This document shows positions 1 through 10,792 of a stretch of DNA of 64,000 bases, one piece after another. The notes under the pieces were generated by a model, which ran no database searches, was not told where the DNA came from, and saw only the letters and a program-made list of their open reading frames with translations. The number at the start of each line of letters is the position of its first letter. The stretch's first letter is position 1. The DNA comes from Desulfobacterales bacterium (GTDB taxonomy: Bacteria; Desulfobacterota; Desulfobacteria; Desulfobacterales; UBA5852). The stretch covers positions 1,376,001 through 1,440,000 of the forward strand of contig CAXXVS010000003.1 in NCBI GenBank assembly GCA_963674755.2. The letters are read 5' to 3'. A program made the translations under genes and the position numbers.

Positions 1-425
1 TCCATCATCGGTGCCGTATAGCCTGTGCAAGAGCCGATTTTGATGTTCCGGGCCTGCATGGCCTCCACAAAGGGCAGCAGCCCCGGGATGGGGTCGGCGT
101 GGCTGACAATCGATGCCACCATCATGGGTTCGGTTTTTCCGTAGAGCCTGGCCACGTCGTCTTCGTCCGGCAATCGGCCGTATCGTTCCTGCCATTGTTG
201 GCCAACCCCGGGCAGCTGGCACATGCTGCGGATATGGTCTTTTTTGGCGATCCCCATGAACTGCCGGGCTTCGGCCGAAGTGACCGTGATGTCGAAGGCC
301 GCGAACACGCGCACGAAGACGTCGGCCGGTCCCATGCAGCCATAGTCGACTGCCGTCCCGGCCCAGTCCAGAACGACGGCCTTCAGCGGCCCGGTATAAG
401 GATATTGCGGAATGAAGGCGGACAT
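1..425 (-). CDS. phnX: Phosphonoacetaldehyde hydrolase (phosphonatase), runs off the window edge
   Basis: Manual translation from ATG at 425 gives MSAFIPQYPYTGPLKAVVLDWAGTAVDYGCMGP; DWAGT is the phosphonatase HAD motif I. Not in the ORF track because it lacks a stop in the window. Confidence 0.88.
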   Translation of the reverse strand, partial: MSAFIPQYPYTGPLKAVVLDWAGTAVDYGCMGPADVFVRVFAAFDITVTSAEARQFMGIAKKDHIRSMCQLPGVGQQWQERYGRLPDEDDVARLYGKTEPMMVASIVSHADPIPGLLPFVEAMQARNIKIGSCTGYTAPMM

Positions 426-892
426 AACAGGAATTTCCTTTCAGCAGGGTCCGTTTCAACCTTTGAAGGAAGCGGAGTTGTTAATGGATTCACCCACTCA
501 ATTTACGGGCTTGACCGGTAGCCGTTTGGCCGATCCTGCGGCGACACGAACATTGTCTATATTGCCGGTCAAGTCGGAAAAAGTCCGTCTCATGAGGACC
601 GGTTCGAATTCCGGCCAGCCAGCCATCTCGTGACAGGCGGGCGGATCTGTCGACAATTTACAAAAAGGGGTTCGGAAATAAATAGGTCCGTGTTGGAATT
701 GAATGAGCGCAATTTCGTACACTATATCGAACGTGTTGACTTCTGTGCTTTTATTGGCCTTTGGCGATGCGGTCTTTGCCAAAGGGCGTATCCCGCATCA
801 TACCCGACAGGCCGAAATGTTCCAGCGCATGGCGGCCCGAATACCGGGCGCGTAAAATGAACTCCCTCGCGAACCAGGCCTCCCTGCGCAGA

Positions 893-921
893 TTAACACG
901 TTTCTAACATGACCCTAACAA
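893..921 (+). promoter_or_regulatory. Three TAACA direct repeats at 11-bp spacing (PhoB/OmpR-type box)
   Basis: TAACA at 894, 905 and 916, between divergent phnX and ORF 1054. Confidence 0.45.
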
Positions 922-1053
922 AAAGGGCATAGAGCATTCGTGCAGGGCATCGATCCGGTGCTTCTTACGGCATTCGCGCCTCGAATTGGATATCCCGGCG
1001 CCACGCCAAGATGGCTGCAGACCTTGTTCCAGAAGCTGTCAAGGGGAGGGAAA

Positions 1054-1359
1054 ATGATCTCAGACCGCTGTGATTTCGAAGAGTTTGTATCGATTGCGGA
1101 TAAATGGGAATATCAGGACATCATCACCAGGGCCGACCGCGAGGCCACGGAAGCCGAGCGGCGGTACTACCATTCAACCACCCCGGAAAACGAGAAGGCG
1201 CACTGCGGACAGGAATATGCGGAGCGTCTCAAGGGATTCATCGCGTTCATGCGTTACGGCGTCAAACCATCCCGCCTCAACCCGGAAGTCCTGTTGCACT
1301 TTGGCCGCATCCGGGAGGAAGCCCGGCAGATGATGCCACGGCCGCACGTGGTCCATTAG
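1054..1359 (+). CDS. Hypothetical protein
   Basis: GGAGG RBS before ATG 1054; MISDRCDFEEF... Confidence 0.7.
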   Translation: MISDRCDFEEFVSIADKWEYQDIITRADREATEAERRYYHSTTPENEKAHCGQEYAERLKGFIAFMRYGVKPSRLNPEVLLHFGRIREEARQMMPRPHVVH

Positions 1360-1440
1360 GCCCCGACCTCAGGTATCCTTTCTAAGAATCGCCCCGATAC
1401 GATCCGACGCCCGCCGGCTGGTTCCCCGCTGGTGAGACCG

Positions 1441-2379
1441 TCACGAGGGCTTGCCACCCGCCGGGGAGGCGGTTTGCCCGGCGCTGGCCACGGTCCAGGC
1501 GCTGAAGGTGGCCTCGGGCTTGAACCCCACCCCCACCGCACCGTCCTGCATATAGAGTACCCAGGCGTAGCGGCGTTCATAGGCGCTGGTGGTGGCGGAC
1601 CAGTACCCCTCCTGGGCATCCCGGAAAGGATGCGACGCCGGAAGGGCGGGGGAGTGGCGGGCCAGGTCCACCAGGCTCTCCAGCTCGCGGATGTTGGGCA
1701 GCCGCCAGTCGGTACGCCCGCCGTATTTGTCCCGATTCAAGGCGGACGGCGCCCGCAGGGCATCCTCCCAGGTCATTTGTGCGCAGCCGGTGCGGGCGCT
1801 TGGTGTCCACCACAGTTCCGTCAGACGATCTTCCACCGCTAGACCCTGGACGCGAAAGCGCTGCGCGGGCGGTAGCGGATGCCACCCGGAACCGGCGACC
1901 GGCCACACCAGGCAGGCCCCTTGCTGCCTGCCCCGGTAGACCCGGCCGCCGCCCAGATGAATATACCAGGCCTGATCCGACAGGCGCGCACAGGGCGTCG
2001 CCGTCCAATAGTAGCCGTGGAATACATTGCGAAAGGGATGACCCTGCGGGAGAGCAGGATTGATGAGGCGGTGGCTGATGAGGGAGAACAGCTCCCGCCG
2101 GGAGGGCAGACGCCAGTCCTCCCGGCCATGCGTCCGGGACCGGTTCAGACCGGCGATCAGATCGAAGGCCTCCTCCCAGGAATAGGGAAATTCAAAGGGA
2201 TTGGCGTCCCGGCTCCAGCGCAGGCCGGTGAGGGTATCGAGGACCATCGCGCCGCGAACCTCGAAGCGCTTGGCAGGGGGCTGCCCGGCTGCCCGCCCGG
2301 AGGACGCGCAGGGCATTGCTTCCCCCGGGGCGTCGAAGCACGCTTGCTGGTCGGTGGTGAGGGGCCATGGATAGCGCAT
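1441..2379 (-). CDS. DUF1566 (Lcl C-terminal) repeat protein, two domains
   Basis: Two copies of D.LT.L.W...W.(E/D)A...DWRLP..REL.SL...YW(T/S)AT. Confidence 0.85.
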   Translation of the reverse strand: MRYPWPLTTDQQACFDAPGEAMPCASSGRAAGQPPAKRFEVRGAMVLDTLTGLRWSRDANPFEFPYSWEEAFDLIAGLNRSRTHGREDWRLPSRRELFSLISHRLINPALPQGHPFRNVFHGYYWTATPCARLSDQAWYIHLGGGRVYRGRQQGACLVWPVAGSGWHPLPPAQRFRVQGLAVEDRLTELWWTPSARTGCAQMTWEDALRAPSALNRDKYGGRTDWRLPNIRELESLVDLARHSPALPASHPFRDAQEGYWSATTSAYERRYAWVLYMQDGAVGVGFKPEATFSAWTVASAGQTASPAGGKPS

Positions 2380-2463
2380 GGTGTCCGCTGCCGGCCGTTG
2401 CGGCCCGGTTTTGTGGACCGGTGCGACCGCAATGGTTAGGGGCGCTTTCGCCTTACCTTGCCG

Positions 2464-2727
2464 TTACGACAACACGTGGGCCGGCAGAAGATCTTCGATT
2501 ACCGACCAGCCCGGTGCATCCACCACCACTGCCGGGTCGGCACCGGCAAAGGGGTAGGTCTCGCAAAACGTGCCGATTTCCGGATGGGCCTTCACGAGGT
2601 TATGCCACACCTGTTCAGGCTGCTTGGCGGCACACAGGGCCTGGATGGCATCCACCACAGACACCTTTCCTTCGGGGGTGAAGCGGATATCGGTTCCGCC
2701 CAGGTCGACAAGATAAGTCTTGGCCAT
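2464..2727 (-). CDS. Small hypothetical protein
   Basis: GGAGG RBS upstream; 87 aa ORF. Confidence 0.65.
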   Translation of the reverse strand: MAKTYLVDLGGTDIRFTPEGKVSVVDAIQALCAAKQPEQVWHNLVKAHPEIGTFCETYPFAGADPAVVVDAPGWSVIEDLLPAHVLS

Positions 2728-3165
2728 AGCGCCTCCTTTGGATTCCCGTAAATGACGATTGGGCTGGGAAGCCCATGCCCCGCACGCTTTGTGCGGCTTG
2801 ATGGGGGCGTCTGCAGGTACTGTTCCGGATCGTGATGGTCATTTACCACATCGCCTCCGGTGAGCGTGCAAGCACCCGTTCATACGTCAGGGGCAACCCC
2901 AGATGGCCTGGACGTTAGCCGACCGGCTGACCGGACGCTATAATGGAAAGGGATTATTCAGGATAGGAAAAGGCTTTATTCCGCGGCCGGCTGGCCCTGA
3001 GTCCGGACTGAAAAAAATCCATTTACATCCCGGCTGGTTTGGCTTAGTCTCTCAGCAACCAGTACCAGTACCTCGAAGGGGCAGGATGGCCGCCGCCCTC
3101 CCCACACGGCTGCACGAAGAGGGCCGTGAACGCGATGATCACTTTTCCCAGGAGAAACCATTATC

Positions 3166-3831
3166 ATGGAGAAGCAAATAAAAGTCGTCATTGCCGAAGA
3201 TCATCAATTGTTTCGAGAGGGCCTCAAGGCCATGCTCATGGCCCGGGGCGATCTGGAACTCGTCGGAGAAGCCGGTGACGGGCTGGACGCCATTCGCATG
3301 GTGCAGCGCCTGCAGCCCGAGCTTCTGTTGCTCGATCTTTCCATGCCGCGCTTGAGCGGCATCAGCGTCATGAAAGACGTCAAACGCCAGTTTCCGGAAA
3401 CGATCATTCTGGCGCTCACCATTCACGAATCCGACCAGTATGTCCTGGAAGCCTTCGATGCCGGTGCTAACGGGTACTGCATCAAGGACGCCAGCCGCAA
3501 GGAGTTGATGATGGCCATCGACAGTGTCCTGGCCGGTAAAACTTACATCAGCCCGGGCGTGGCCGACAATGTTATGGAAGGCTATCTGGAAGGGCGCAAA
3601 CGTCTCAAGGAAAAAACGTCCTGGGACACCATCACCCAGCGTGAGCGGGAAGTTTTGAAGCTGCTGGCCGAAGGCCACACCAACAAGGAAATCGCCGATT
3701 TCCTCAATATCAGCGTGAAGACCGTGGAGAAGCACCGGGCCAACATTATGCAAAAAACCGATTTGCACAATGCCTCCGCCCTGACAGCCTACGCCATCGA
3801 AAAAGGCTTGGTCAGCCCTCAAAAGGCCTGA
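3166..3831 (+). CDS. NarL/LuxR-family response regulator
   Basis: Receiver domain (AEDH, LLDLSMP) plus LuxR HTH (TQREREVLKLLAEG...SVKTVEKHRANI). Confidence 0.95.
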   Translation: MEKQIKVVIAEDHQLFREGLKAMLMARGDLELVGEAGDGLDAIRMVQRLQPELLLLDLSMPRLSGISVMKDVKRQFPETIILALTIHESDQYVLEAFDAGANGYCIKDASRKELMMAIDSVLAGKTYISPGVADNVMEGYLEGRKRLKEKTSWDTITQREREVLKLLAEGHTNKEIADFLNISVKTVEKHRANIMQKTDLHNASALTAYAIEKGLVSPQKA

Positions 3832-4036
3832 GGGCGCATCGGTTCTTCCGCCACCATCCCGGGTCCCCGTTTACGCCCCCGTGGTGGAAACGCCCCATAC
3901 CCAACCGCTACACCTCTTCCGGTCGCCCTCTACCGGATCTCCCCCATTTCCGTTCGGTCGTTCGCGGCCGTGCGTGGCACGGCCGACTTCCTGCAAGCGC
4001 GCCGACGGGCGATTCCGCGTGCGTCTATTTCTTTTT

Positions 4037-5191
4037 TTAGGCGGGCAGAAAAGCGCGAACGAGCGTCCCCTGGCCTTCACGGGAGCGAATCGCAAAGCAG
4101 CCGTTGCAGATTTCGATGCGTTCACGCATGCTGTTGAGGCCGAAACCGCCGAGCGTATTTTCAGCGTCCAGGGCATGCTCTAGATCGAAACCGCAACCAT
4201 CGTCGCGCACGGACATCTCGAGGTAGTCCCCCGAGCGGGTGATACGGACCTGAATATCTTTCGCCCCGCTGTGCTTGGCGGCATTGTTGAGGGCTTCCTG
4301 CATGACGCGATAGAAGACGATCTTGTGGGCTTCCTGGATATCCTCTTCGTCTACTTCGAAACGGGATATGATGCGGATGCCGGTGTAGCGTTCGGCAAGA
4401 TCGCGGCAGAACCACCGGGCCGTGGCCAGAAATCCCAGATCGTCGAGGGTCGAGGGACGCAGGTCGGCGGATATGCGTTTGGTTTCTTTGATCGTCTCCA
4501 CAATGTGGGCGATGATGCGCTCGAAAGAGATTTCGCGTGACGGCAACCGGTTTCCATAAACTTCCAGCCATCCTTCCAAAGAAAACTTGATGGCCGCCAG
4601 GCTTGCGCCGATGCTGTCATGCAGTTCCTTGGCAATCACCTGGCGGTCGCTTTCCAGCAATTCCAGCGTTTTCCGGCTCAAAACGCACAACTGCCGGCGG
4701 GACAGGCGCAATTCATTCGCGATACCGCGGCCTTCTTCGATTTCCACCGGCCCGTCCTTCGCGCTTCGATCCTGGGGGGTGTCCTGTGAGCCGGCGTTGC
4801 GCTCCCGGATGCGTTCCGCACGGTCCGGGGAGGACTCCCCGGGGTTTGCTTCCCTGAAGGTCAGCGCCACCCAGGCATGGTCGGCGTTATTGGGGTGAAG
4901 GAGGGAGAGGGCCATGCGAACCGGTATCGGACGGGCGTCCCGGGTCTCCAACTCCGAGGCGGCGGTCACGACACACTCGCCCCGCAGGCAGGCTTGCAGC
5001 CACTGGGTCTGTTCCCGGCGTCGATGGGCCGGCACCAAGTGGTCTAAATCGAGGCGCTCCGCCTCCTCCGCGCTGTAGTCCAGGAGATGGCGCAAGGCCG
5101 GATTGGCCAGGACCAGGCGGCCCTTGGGGTCGGCAATGGCCACCGGCTCCCGAAGCGTATTGCAGAATCTGATGAGGCCGTCTACCGACAT
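4037..5191 (-). CDS. PAS-domain sensor histidine kinase (NarX/HisKA_3 type)
   Basis: IAKELHDSIG H-box, QEALNNAAKH N-box, DDGCGF, GFGL. Confidence 0.92.
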   Translation of the reverse strand: MSVDGLIRFCNTLREPVAIADPKGRLVLANPALRHLLDYSAEEAERLDLDHLVPAHRRREQTQWLQACLRGECVVTAASELETRDARPIPVRMALSLLHPNNADHAWVALTFREANPGESSPDRAERIRERNAGSQDTPQDRSAKDGPVEIEEGRGIANELRLSRRQLCVLSRKTLELLESDRQVIAKELHDSIGASLAAIKFSLEGWLEVYGNRLPSREISFERIIAHIVETIKETKRISADLRPSTLDDLGFLATARWFCRDLAERYTGIRIISRFEVDEEDIQEAHKIVFYRVMQEALNNAAKHSGAKDIQVRITRSGDYLEMSVRDDGCGFDLEHALDAENTLGGFGLNSMRERIEICNGCFAIRSREGQGTLVRAFLPA

Positions 5192-5703
5192 GGCATCCTC
5201 TCCAATGCCTGCTCAGGTCGAGAGCGATGGGGACCCTCAGGCCGCCGCCAAACCGAGTCATAACTCAAATCAGGGCCAACCTGTGTGCGGTGCTGGGTTC
5301 GTTGCGATGCTGCGCACCCGCCGGCTAGTGAATCCAATGGAGCGCGCCCCGGTTTTGCAGCCGCTGGAGGGTTCCCTTTTCATCCTTTTTCCTGGAGAGG
5401 AAACATATGTTGCCTGGTCGAGGACTGCCTATGGGGTGCAGACCCTATATTCATCCACGGTCCTCGTGAAATTTTTCCTGAAACCATGTGATTCAGCATC
5501 GTGAGGGCGGCCGTGCGGTATCGCTTTCCGCGGTTTCGGCGGCACGGGGAGCGGAATACAGGCGATGGCGGCGGTAAATAGGGACAGGACCATATTTCAG
5601 GCCGGACCATACGGGCGCAGAATTATGCCCAACACCGGCCGTTGGGGAGGAGGCGCTGTATCTCTTGGACGCCCGGGAACACACGCTGGAAGGAGCGACC
5701 ACC

Positions 5704-5991
5704 ATGACAGATAGGGACGCGACCCGGGCGGATATCGAAGCCCGCCTGGTGACGCTCGGTCAGATCCTTGCCACGCTGCGGATCAAAGCCGGGCAGCATC
5801 AGGAAAAATTCGCGGCACCGCTGGGCAGAACGCTGGATGTCATCGAAAGCAAACGGGGCGAGGTCGAAAGCCGGCTGGGGGAATTGACGGCCTTGGACGA
5901 CAATTCCTGGTCGGCCGCCATCGCCAAACTGAACAGCCATCTCGATGATATCGACGCCGGGCTTCGCAAGGCACTGGCCCATTTCGGATAG
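5704..5991 (+). CDS. Hypothetical coiled-coil protein
   Basis: AAGGAG RBS, ATG 5704. Confidence 0.65.
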   Translation: MTDRDATRADIEARLVTLGQILATLRIKAGQHQEKFAAPLGRTLDVIESKRGEVESRLGELTALDDNSWSAAIAKLNSHLDDIDAGLRKALAHFG

Positions 5992-6068
5992 TGGGCTCTA
6001 TACAACGCAGCGGATCGACGGCTTCGCCGCGACAAGGGTTCGTCCGCCGTTGCTGAAAGTGGTCTGGT

Positions 6069-6464
6069 ATGCCAACGCCTCCAAGGATATTGCTGGTGGA
6101 CAGCGACACGACTTTTCGCCACATGGTCAACGTGCTGATACGGCGTCATTATCCACATGCCATCGTCCGTGAGGCGTCCAACCAACAGGATGCGCTGCGG
6201 CAGATCGGGTGTTTTTCGCCATGTTTGATTCTGACGGAAGTCGATTTGTCCGGCCGCCGTTGCATGGACCTGCCGCGCAAGATGCTCGCCATTCATCCCG
6301 AAAGCGTCGTCGTGGTCCTGACCAGCTACGATCTTCCGGAATACCGTGAAGCGCTTTTTCAGGCCGGGACGCACCATTTCATCTCCAAGTCCCTGCCCAG
6401 CGCCCCGGCCATCCTGGCCATTGTCGGAGAGGAGCTGAACGCATCCCATCCCGCCCCATGCTAA
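6069..6464 (+). CDS. Single-domain response regulator with an atypical phosphoacceptor
   Basis: RILLVDS...LILTEVDL...FISK; Glu appears at the usual Asp position. Confidence 0.75.
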   Translation: MPTPPRILLVDSDTTFRHMVNVLIRRHYPHAIVREASNQQDALRQIGCFSPCLILTEVDLSGRRCMDLPRKMLAIHPESVVVVLTSYDLPEYREALFQAGTHHFISKSLPSAPAILAIVGEELNASHPAPC

Positions 6465-6642
6465 GAAAAGCGCCAACGATGGGCCCAGGGAATGGAAACC
6501 ATCCGCGAGGCGATGGCGCTACGACTCGGAGCATGTCCCCGGAGTGCCGCCCCTTGGCCACCGGTCCTGCCCCAGGCCGTCCCGTCAACCGGGGGGGGTA
6601 TGGAGGGGTTGCCGGCCCCAGCCCCGAGACCTACCTTGGGCT

Positions 6643-8769
6643 GTGAAAACGCTATTCCAGCCATCGCAAAATTGCTTCCGTGTCGCGCCGGCCCATCGGG
6701 CGGCCGTTATCATCGACGGCGAGGCCTATTTCCGGGCGCTGCACGAGGCCTTGCGCCGCGCCCGTCGATCCATTTTCATCATTGGCTGGGATTTGCACAG
6801 CGAAGTTCGTCTGGTGCGCAACCGTGACGAGGAAGATTATCCTACCCGCCTGGGCGCGCTTCTCGACGCCTTGGTGGATCGACGGCCCCGCCTGGAAGCC
6901 TATCTCCTGAGTTGGGATTTCGCCATGATTTACGCCATGGAGCGGGAATTCTTCCCTCGCTACAAGCTCAAGTGGCGCACCAACAGGCGCGTGCATTTCA
7001 GCCTCGACGGCCACCACCCCGTGGGCGGCTCCCAACACCAGAAGCTGGTGGTCATCGATGACATCCTCGCCTTTGTCGGTGGTCTCGACGTAAGCCAGTG
7101 GCGCTGGGACACCCGCCGGCACAGGGTGCGCGACGATCGCCGCACCGATCCGGGGGGCAAGCCCTACCCGCCGTTTCATGACGTTCAGATGGCTGTAGAC
7201 GGGCCGGCCGCCGCCGCTTTGGGCGAACTGGCCCGCGAGCGCTGGCGGCGCTGTGAAGGGACACGACCGGGTGCTGATGCGCTGGCCGTGGATTCAGATC
7301 CCTGGCCGTCCAGCGTTGTCCCCGATTTCCGCGAGGTGCCGGTGGCCATCGCCCGCACGCTGCCGGCGTATCAATCCCAACCCCCGGTCAGCGAGGTCGA
7401 GCAGCTATATCAGGACAGCATCGCCGCCGCGCGGCGCTATATATACATCGAAAATCAATACCTGAGCGCCCATCGCATTGGCGAGGCCCTGGCAACCCGT
7501 TTGCAGGAGAAAGACGGCCCCGAGGTCGTCATCGTCATGCCGGAGAAAACTGGCGGCTGGCTGGAACAGCACACCATGGACGTGCTGCGGGGCCGCCTGG
7601 TGGACCGTCTTCAGGAGGCCGACGTCCACGACCGCCTGCGCATCTGCTACCCCCGACTCGCCAAGGATCCCCACACGTCCCTTATGGTGCATGCCAAGGT
7701 GATGGTGATCGACGACGCTTTCCTGCGTGTGGGATCGTCCAACCTGAGCAATCGCTCCATGGGGCTCGATTCGGAATGCGACCTGGTCATAGCCGTCCAA
7801 CCCGGTAAAGAGGGGCTGCAGAAAACGATCGCCGGGATCCGGTCGCGGCTGCTGGCCGAACACCTGGGCTGCACGGTCGAGGAGGTGGCCCGGGCTATGG
7901 AAGATCATGATGGCCTCATCGCGGCCGTGGAAGCCCTGTGCGGGGGCGAACGCACACTGATGCCGCTTGCGGTGGAGATCTCCCCGGAAGTCGACAACTG
8001 GGTGCCGGATGCCGAGATCCTCGATCCGGAAAAGCCGGTCTCCCCTGAGAAACTGTTGAATCTCTTCGTAAGTCCCCGGGAGCAGCCCGCGGCCTTCCGC
8101 CACGCCGTAAAAATCATTGCGCTCGTGGCCGTCGTGGCGGGGCTGGCCGCGCTGTGGCGCTGGACCCCCCTGGGCGACCAGGTCGATCTGGATTCCGCCC
8201 GCGCCGTGGCCGGCTGGATTCAGCAGCAGCCCCTGGCGCCGCTGCTGGTGGCGGTGGCATACGTTCTGGGCGGCATTGTCGCCTTGCCGGTCACCCTGAT
8301 GATGATCGCCACGGTCCTGGTTTTCGACACCTGGCTGGGCCTGCTGTACGCCCTGGCGGGGTCCTGGCTGAGCGCCCTGGCCGTTTTCGGCCTCGGCCGC
8401 TGGATGGGCCGCGCGACCGTGCGACGTTTCGCCGGCAGCCTGATCAACCGATTGAGCCGCCGGCTTTCCGAAAAAGGCCTGCTAGCGGTGATCACGTTAC
8501 GCATCGTCCCGGTGGCGCCCTTCTCGGTCATCAACCTCATCGCGGGCGTTTCCGAAATCCGCTGGCGCGATTTTGCCCTGGGATCCCTGGTGGGGATGCT
8601 GCCCGGTGTGATCGCCGTGGTCCTGCTGGCGGATCGCATTGCCGCCTCCCTGCGCAACCCCGAACCCGGGCAGGTGTTCCTCCTTCTCGGGACGATTGCT
8701 TTGGTGGGGCTTGGGCTGGTGGGACTGCGGCGCTGGCTCCAGCGTAAGCCTTCCGCGGCATCGTCCTGA
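6643..8769 (+). CDS. Phospholipase D/cardiolipin synthase-like protein fused to a VTT/DedA membrane domain
   Basis: Two HKD motifs (HQKLVVID, HAKVMVID); C-terminal TM helices with LRIVPVAPF. GTG start inferred. Confidence 0.9.
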   Translation: MKTLFQPSQNCFRVAPAHRAAVIIDGEAYFRALHEALRRARRSIFIIGWDLHSEVRLVRNRDEEDYPTRLGALLDALVDRRPRLEAYLLSWDFAMIYAMEREFFPRYKLKWRTNRRVHFSLDGHHPVGGSQHQKLVVIDDILAFVGGLDVSQWRWDTRRHRVRDDRRTDPGGKPYPPFHDVQMAVDGPAAAALGELARERWRRCEGTRPGADALAVDSDPWPSSVVPDFREVPVAIARTLPAYQSQPPVSEVEQLYQDSIAAARRYIYIENQYLSAHRIGEALATRLQEKDGPEVVIVMPEKTGGWLEQHTMDVLRGRLVDRLQEADVHDRLRICYPRLAKDPHTSLMVHAKVMVIDDAFLRVGSSNLSNRSMGLDSECDLVIAVQPGKEGLQKTIAGIRSRLLAEHLGCTVEEVARAMEDHDGLIAAVEALCGGERTLMPLAVEISPEVDNWVPDAEILDPEKPVSPEKLLNLFVSPREQPAAFRHAVKIIALVAVVAGLAALWRWTPLGDQVDLDSARAVAGWIQQQPLAPLLVAVAYVLGGIVALPVTLMMIATVLVFDTWLGLLYALAGSWLSALAVFGLGRWMGRATVRRFAGSLINRLSRRLSEKGLLAVITLRIVPVAPFSVINLIAGVSEIRWRDFALGSLVGMLPGVIAVVLLADRIAASLRNPEPGQVFLLLGTIALVGLGLVGLRRWLQRKPSAASS

Positions 8770-8782
8770 GCGGAGTCCGGCC

Positions 8783-9469
8783 ATGGGATTTCGCATCGCC
8801 ACCTACAACATTCATCGCTGCATCGGCCGCGACGGCATCGCCAACCCCCGGCGCATCGCCGGCGTACTGCAGGCCCTGAACGCCGATCTGGTGGCTCTCC
8901 AGGAGCTGGCTTTCAATCCTGGCGCGTCCGGCAACGTGCTGCAAATTCTGGCCGAAGCCGTAGACGCCCGCGCCATCGCGGGACCGACCCTGCTCGATGC
9001 CGGAGGGCGCTACGGCAATGCCGTGCTGTCCCGGATCGCGCCGCGCGAGGTGCGACGGATGGATATCAGCGTACCGGGGCGCGAGCCGCGCGGGGTCCTC
9101 CAAGTGGTACTGGAGACTTCCGCCATCTCGGTCGCGGTGCTGGCCACCCACCTGGGGCTGTCCATTGAAGAACGGCGCCGCCAGATGGTTCGCATTGCTC
9201 TGCTTCTGGAAAAGCAGGCGGCCGAAGTCACGGTCCTTTTGGGGGATTTCAACGAATGGCGGCCCTGGGGGCGTTCACTGCGCTCACTGAAACGCGGCTT
9301 CGCCCCTGGGGCGGCACCGCCCACCTTTCCCAGCCGCCGCCCGTTGCTGGCTCTCGACCGGATTTGGGTCCGTCCGGCCCACCGATTGAAGTCTCTCCAG
9401 GTATTCCAAGGCGCCCAAGCCCGGCTGGCCTCCGACCATCTGCCGCTGGTGGCCGAACTGGCCCTCTGA
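8783..9469 (+). CDS. Endonuclease/exonuclease/phosphatase family protein (YbhP-like)
   Basis: ATYNIH, LQE, GDFNEW, LDRIW, SDHLP motifs. Confidence 0.92.
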   Translation: MGFRIATYNIHRCIGRDGIANPRRIAGVLQALNADLVALQELAFNPGASGNVLQILAEAVDARAIAGPTLLDAGGRYGNAVLSRIAPREVRRMDISVPGREPRGVLQVVLETSAISVAVLATHLGLSIEERRRQMVRIALLLEKQAAEVTVLLGDFNEWRPWGRSLRSLKRGFAPGAAPPTFPSRRPLLALDRIWVRPAHRLKSLQVFQGAQARLASDHLPLVAELAL

Positions 9470-9839
9470 GGGCCGTGCGGGGGATGCCGCCCCTTGCCAA
9501 GATCGGAATCCGGTGCTTATTTTCCCTGTAAGTGGTGCGCGGCACCGCAGCGGCCCGGCGAACCCTGATCCCCAGTGGTGGATTGCGGGATGTCTTGGCG
9601 AGCGCTTCGGGCGGCGGCGTTTGGGGTCTATGGCTTTTCTTCAATATTATCCGGCCCGAAGGACCAAACCCCCGCTTCCACGGCATACCGGTCTGCCGTG
9701 TGCGATTTGCCTGATGGACCTTATTGTCACCGAGCGCCCGGTTCCTTACCCTAAGGTTCGAATCGCAAGCCACTCATCAGCGGCACCAAATGGGGGAATG
9801 CCCGCCGGGTGCCGCGGCCGCGCTCGAAAGGAGCTCATC

Positions 9840-10586
9840 ATGATACACAGTGTAAACGCCATCCTGAATGCCAATCTGCAGGCCACGGACGGCAAGATCG
9901 GCCGTTGCGCGGATTTTCTCTTCGACGACAAGTTCTGGACCCTCCGCTACATGGTGGCCGACACCCATAAATGGCTTCCGGGACGCAAGGTCTTGATTTC
10001 TCCCAGTGCCTTACAGGACTGGGATTGGCGCGCCGATATGCTTCCCGTCAATCTCAGCCGGGACGAGATCCGGCAAAGCCCGTCCCTTTCCAGCCACATG
10101 CCGGTCTCCCGGCAGTACGAGACGCAACTGGTGGAGTATTACAACTGGTATCCCTACTGGGAGGGGCCCCATGCCTGGGGACCGGTCATGACGCCCTTTG
10201 CGACGGCGGCGGTCCGGACCGAACCCATCCAGGCCATCGAGGCCGGGGGGAAGAGCCACCTGCGCTCCGTCCGGGAGGTGGACGGCTACCATCTTCAAGC
10301 CCTGGATGACACGATCGGCCATGTGGACGACTTTCTGCTGGAGGCCATGACCTGGGCGATTCGCTATCTGGTCGTGGATACGCGCAATTGGCTGCCCGGA
10401 CGCAAGGTGCTCATTCCGCCGGCCTGGGCCAGCAACATCGACTGGAAACGATCCCGCCTGCAGGTTCAGGTGGCCCGCCGGACGATTGAAAACAGCCCGG
10501 TCTACGACAAGGAACGTCCGCTGACCCGTGAGGATGAAATGGCCCTTTACGAGCATTACGACGTGAAACCTTACTGGTTGGCATAA
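9840..10586 (+). CDS. Tandem PRC-barrel domain protein
   Basis: Two repeats of A.D..IG...DFL.....W..RY.V.DT..WLPGRKVLI; AAGGAG RBS. Confidence 0.88.
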   Translation: MIHSVNAILNANLQATDGKIGRCADFLFDDKFWTLRYMVADTHKWLPGRKVLISPSALQDWDWRADMLPVNLSRDEIRQSPSLSSHMPVSRQYETQLVEYYNWYPYWEGPHAWGPVMTPFATAAVRTEPIQAIEAGGKSHLRSVREVDGYHLQALDDTIGHVDDFLLEAMTWAIRYLVVDTRNWLPGRKVLIPPAWASNIDWKRSRLQVQVARRTIENSPVYDKERPLTREDEMALYEHYDVKPYWLA

Positions 10587-10792
10587 AAGAGCGGCAACGG
10601 TGTGCGCGGTGCAGGAATGCTGCCCGGGATTCGCCGGAGGCAGGGAATTGCCGGACGCAGAGGGGAGGCAGGGGATCGACCGGAAAGGGATGGCCTGAAC
10701 CCGGCCCCCCTATCCCGCGACATCGCGCAGGACAACGGCCGCCACGCGCATGAGGAGTATCACCCCGAACAGGATGTTGAGGGAGAATAGCG

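Noticed and set aside
585..625. tRNA-like GGTTCGAATTCC...GCCA
   Set aside because: T-stem is out of register and no acceptor, D or anticodon stems can be built.
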